This document shows positions 61,955 through 64,000 of a stretch of 64,000 bases of DNA, piece after piece (the first letter of the stretch is position 1; every line of letters begins with the position of its first letter). The position numbers were made by a program, and so were the translations under genes. This DNA is from Sphingomonas bacterium (GTDB lineage: Bacteria; Pseudomonadota; Alphaproteobacteria; Sphingomonadales; Sphingomonadaceae), in the NCBI GenBank assembly GCA_028292925.1, contig JAQGLK010000001.1, positions 4,557 to 68,556 on the forward strand, written 5' to 3'. Under the pieces are notes generated by a model that was not told the origin of the DNA, searched no databases, and saw nothing but the letters and a program-made list of their open reading frames with translations.

Positions 61955-63739
61955 TCATCTGCCGTAGAGCGCGTCCAGCTGCTCGCCATATGCGGCGCGC
62001 ACGACGTGGCGACGGACCTTGAGCGACGGGGTCAACTGCTCGTTGTCGATCGAGAAGGGCGCATCGGCGATCAGGAAACCGCGCACCTTTTCGATCACGG
62101 AAAGATGTGCGTTCACCCGGTCGATCGCGGCTCCGATCGCCTTCTGGAACGTCGGATCGTCGCGCAGCGCAGCGGGATCGTAGCGGATCCCCGCCGCCGC
62201 CGCCCAGCCGCGCGCCCATTCCGGATCGGGCACGATCAGCCCGACGAGATGCGGGCGGCGATCCCCGGCGACCATGGCCTGCACGATCTCCGGCTCGAGC
62301 ATCAGCATCCCCTCGACCCGCTGGGGCGCGATATTGTCCCCCTTGTCGGTGACGATCAGGTCCTTCTTGCGATCGGTGATGACCAGCCGCCCGGCTTCGT
62401 CCAGGTGGCCGATGTCGCCGGTGTGCAGCCAGCCATCGTGTAGCACCCGTGCGGTCTCGGCGTCGTTCCGCCAGTAACCGTGCATGACGAGTTCGTCGCG
62501 GACCAGGATTTCGCCGTCGTCGGCGATCCGCACCTCCGTAGCCGCGAGCGGCGGGCCGACCGTGTCCATGCGGATGCCGGCGCGGGGCCGGTTGCACGAG
62601 ATGACCGGGCCGGACTCGGTTTGGCCATAGCCCTGGAGCAGGGTGAGGCCGAGCGAGTGGAAGAAAAGCCCGACCTCGGGATTGAGCGGTGCGCCACCCG
62701 ACACCATCGCCTTCAGCCGCCCGCCGAACCGCGCCTGCACCTTCGGGCGGAGCGTGCGGGCGATCACAGCCGCCATCGGCAGGTCGCGCCACCGCGCCCG
62801 ACCTTCATAGCGCGCCGCGCCGATCGACAGCGCCTTGCCGAGCAGGAAGCGGGAGAGGCGGCCCTGCTTTTCGACTGCCTTGAGCAGCCGGGCGCGCAAC
62901 ACCTCGAACAGTCGCGGCACCACGACCATGATCGTCGGGCGCACCTCCTCGATGTTGGCGGCCAGTTTCTCCAGCCCCTCGGCATAGTAGATCTGGCCAC
63001 CAAGGGCGATCGGCAGGAACTGGCCGCCGGTATGTTCATAAGCGTGGCTGGCCGGCAGGAAGCTGAGAAACACCTCGTCCCCCCAGCCGAAATCCTCCGA
63101 GATGATCCCGACGCAACCGGCGACATTGTGCAGGATCGCGCCGTGATGGTGGCGCACGCCGCGCGGGGTGCCGCCGGTGCCGCTGGTGTAGATCAGGCAG
63201 GCAAGATCGGTCCGCGCGAAACTTGCCCGGGCCGCACAGGCGGCGATGTCGGCGGCGTGCGCGGCCAGCAGCGCGTTCCAGTCATGGCATCGCACCGCCG
63301 CCTTGCCGGACGCGAGCGGCTCGATCCCGATCAGCGTGCCGCATCCGGCGCGCACCAGTGCCGGCATCAGCGTGCGTGCGAGCTTTGCCGTGGAGACGAT
63401 CGCGGCCTTCGCGCCGCTGTCCTGCAGGATGTGATCGTGATCGCGTTCGGTGTTGGTGGTGTAGGCGGGAACGGTGACGCAGCCGGCGGCCATGATCGCC
63501 AGATCGGCGATGCACCATTCCGGGCGGTTTTCCGCCACCAGCATCACCCGGTCGCCGGGCGTCAGGCGGAGCGTGCGCAGCGCGGCGGCCAGGCTGGCAA
63601 CCTGTTCGGCGGCGGCGCGCCAGCTGATCGACGTCCAGGTGCCGCCCTGCTTGGTCCAAAGGAACGGCGCATCGCCCTTTTCCGCGGCGCGGGCGAAGAA
63701 CATGGCAACTAGGTTAGGGAAATATTCGAGCTGGCGCAT
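61955..63739 (-). CDS. Long-chain-fatty-acid--CoA ligase (AMP-dependent synthetase family)
   Basis: AMP-binding motif LIYTSGTGGTPRGV. Also QGYGQTESGP, WLHTGDIG, ITDRKKDLI, PSLKVRR. Confidence 0.85.
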   Translation of the reverse strand: MRQLEYFPNLVAMFFARAAEKGDAPFLWTKQGGTWTSISWRAAAEQVASLAAALRTLRLTPGDRVMLVAENRPEWCIADLAIMAAGCVTVPAYTTNTERDHDHILQDSGAKAAIVSTAKLARTLMPALVRAGCGTLIGIEPLASGKAAVRCHDWNALLAAHAADIAACAARASFARTDLACLIYTSGTGGTPRGVRHHHGAILHNVAGCVGIISEDFGWGDEVFLSFLPASHAYEHTGGQFLPIALGGQIYYAEGLEKLAANIEEVRPTIMVVVPRLFEVLRARLLKAVEKQGRLSRFLLGKALSIGAARYEGRARWRDLPMAAVIARTLRPKVQARFGGRLKAMVSGGAPLNPEVGLFFHSLGLTLLQGYGQTESGPVISCNRPRAGIRMDTVGPPLAATEVRIADDGEILVRDELVMHGYWRNDAETARVLHDGWLHTGDIGHLDEAGRLVITDRKKDLIVTDKGDNIAPQRVEGMLMLEPEIVQAMVAGDRRPHLVGLIVPDPEWARGWAAAAGIRYDPAALRDDPTFQKAIGAAIDRVNAHLSVIEKVRGFLIADAPFSIDNEQLTPSLKVRRHVVRAAYGEQLDALYGR

Positions 63740-63895
63740 GTTTCTCCTGCCGGGCCGAGCGCCCCCGCATCGCGGCCTTCGCAGCCGCGTCTGCCGGCCT
63801 GACTAGCCGCTGACGAGGAAACGTCCAACCGGGGACAGACGTGGACGCAGCGGCTTTCTCTGCTATCGTTTCGCTGCACTGCGGGGAAATGGCGC

Positions 63896-64000
63896 ATGAA
63901 GTTGGTCGGTTCGGTCTGGGCGATCCTTTGTGCGGTGGCGCTGGCAAGTTGCGCGACAACCCCCGCCCGGCAGCCTTCGGCTACCTCGCAGCCTTCGGCT
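63896..64000 (+). CDS. Putative lipoprotein, N-terminal fragment (runs off the right edge)
   Basis: ATG 63896 gives MKLVGSVWAILCAVALASCATTPARQPSATSQPSA, with lipobox LASC. Absent from the track because it is open at the edge. Confidence 0.5.
   Translation, partial: MKLVGSVWAILCAVALASCATTPARQPSATSQPSA

Noticed and set aside
1-64000. CRISPR arrays, IS elements or transposases, integrases, rRNA genes and toxin-antitoxin pairs.
   Set aside because: I saw no regularly spaced direct repeats, no terminal inverted repeats flanking a transposase-like ORF, no DDE or tyrosine-recombinase motifs in any track ORF, and no rRNA-like sequence. The only repeats found are the 18-bp tandem at 52408-52443 and the purU palindrome.

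Overview
This is a high-GC chromosome segment, about 67% GC in 60-nt samples I counted by hand. Its gene content looks alphaproteobacterial and resembles Sphingomonadaceae, but that is inference only. I can support about 60 protein genes, one tRNA-Leu(GAG), and a few regulatory or terminator elements. I saw no CRISPR array, IS element, integrase or rRNA.

Positions 1-17.7 kb form an accessory surface-polysaccharide island. Its minus strand carries an ABC-transporter-dependent (Kps, group-2-like) capsule module: a PhyH-family dioxygenase, kpsC, kpsS, a GT4 glycosyltransferase, kpsM, kpsE and kdsA. The genes from kpsC through kpsM are chained by GTGA or TGATG stop/start overlaps. The island also holds an OPX outer-membrane lipoprotein, a second GT4, a coiled-coil ORF and a methyltransferase-like ORF.

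The most unusual part is a set of three paralogous genes of the TPR / GT9 (heptosyltransferase-fold) type. One of them is split into two ORFs exactly at the inter-domain linker. The island has no kpsT ATPase. KpsC shows only one intact Kdo-transferase motif set. kpsM is a local AT-rich patch of about 50% GC.

The TPR-GT9 set, together with this incomplete Kps module, is my best candidate for an undescribed system.

The rest of the window (17.7-64 kb) is mostly housekeeping: nadE, an FMN alpha-hydroxyacid dehydrogenase, hbd, egtBD, a PduO-type adenosyltransferase, gluQ, ppc, pfk, ftsEX, plsC, tyrC, hisC, metXW, sodC, glnD, a TonB-dependent receptor, purU, infC, thrS, a DUF898-M48 peptidase pair, gloAB and an acyl-CoA ligase.

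Smaller points worth checking:
- a probable CTG start for the adenosyltransferase
- a probable ATA start for infC
- a 32-nt near-perfect palindrome with a third repeat copy in front of purU
- two EcfG-type (GGAAC-N16/17-GGTT) promoter candidates

Many very long ORFs in the track are antisense shadow ORFs of the kind expected in high-GC DNA, and I rejected them.
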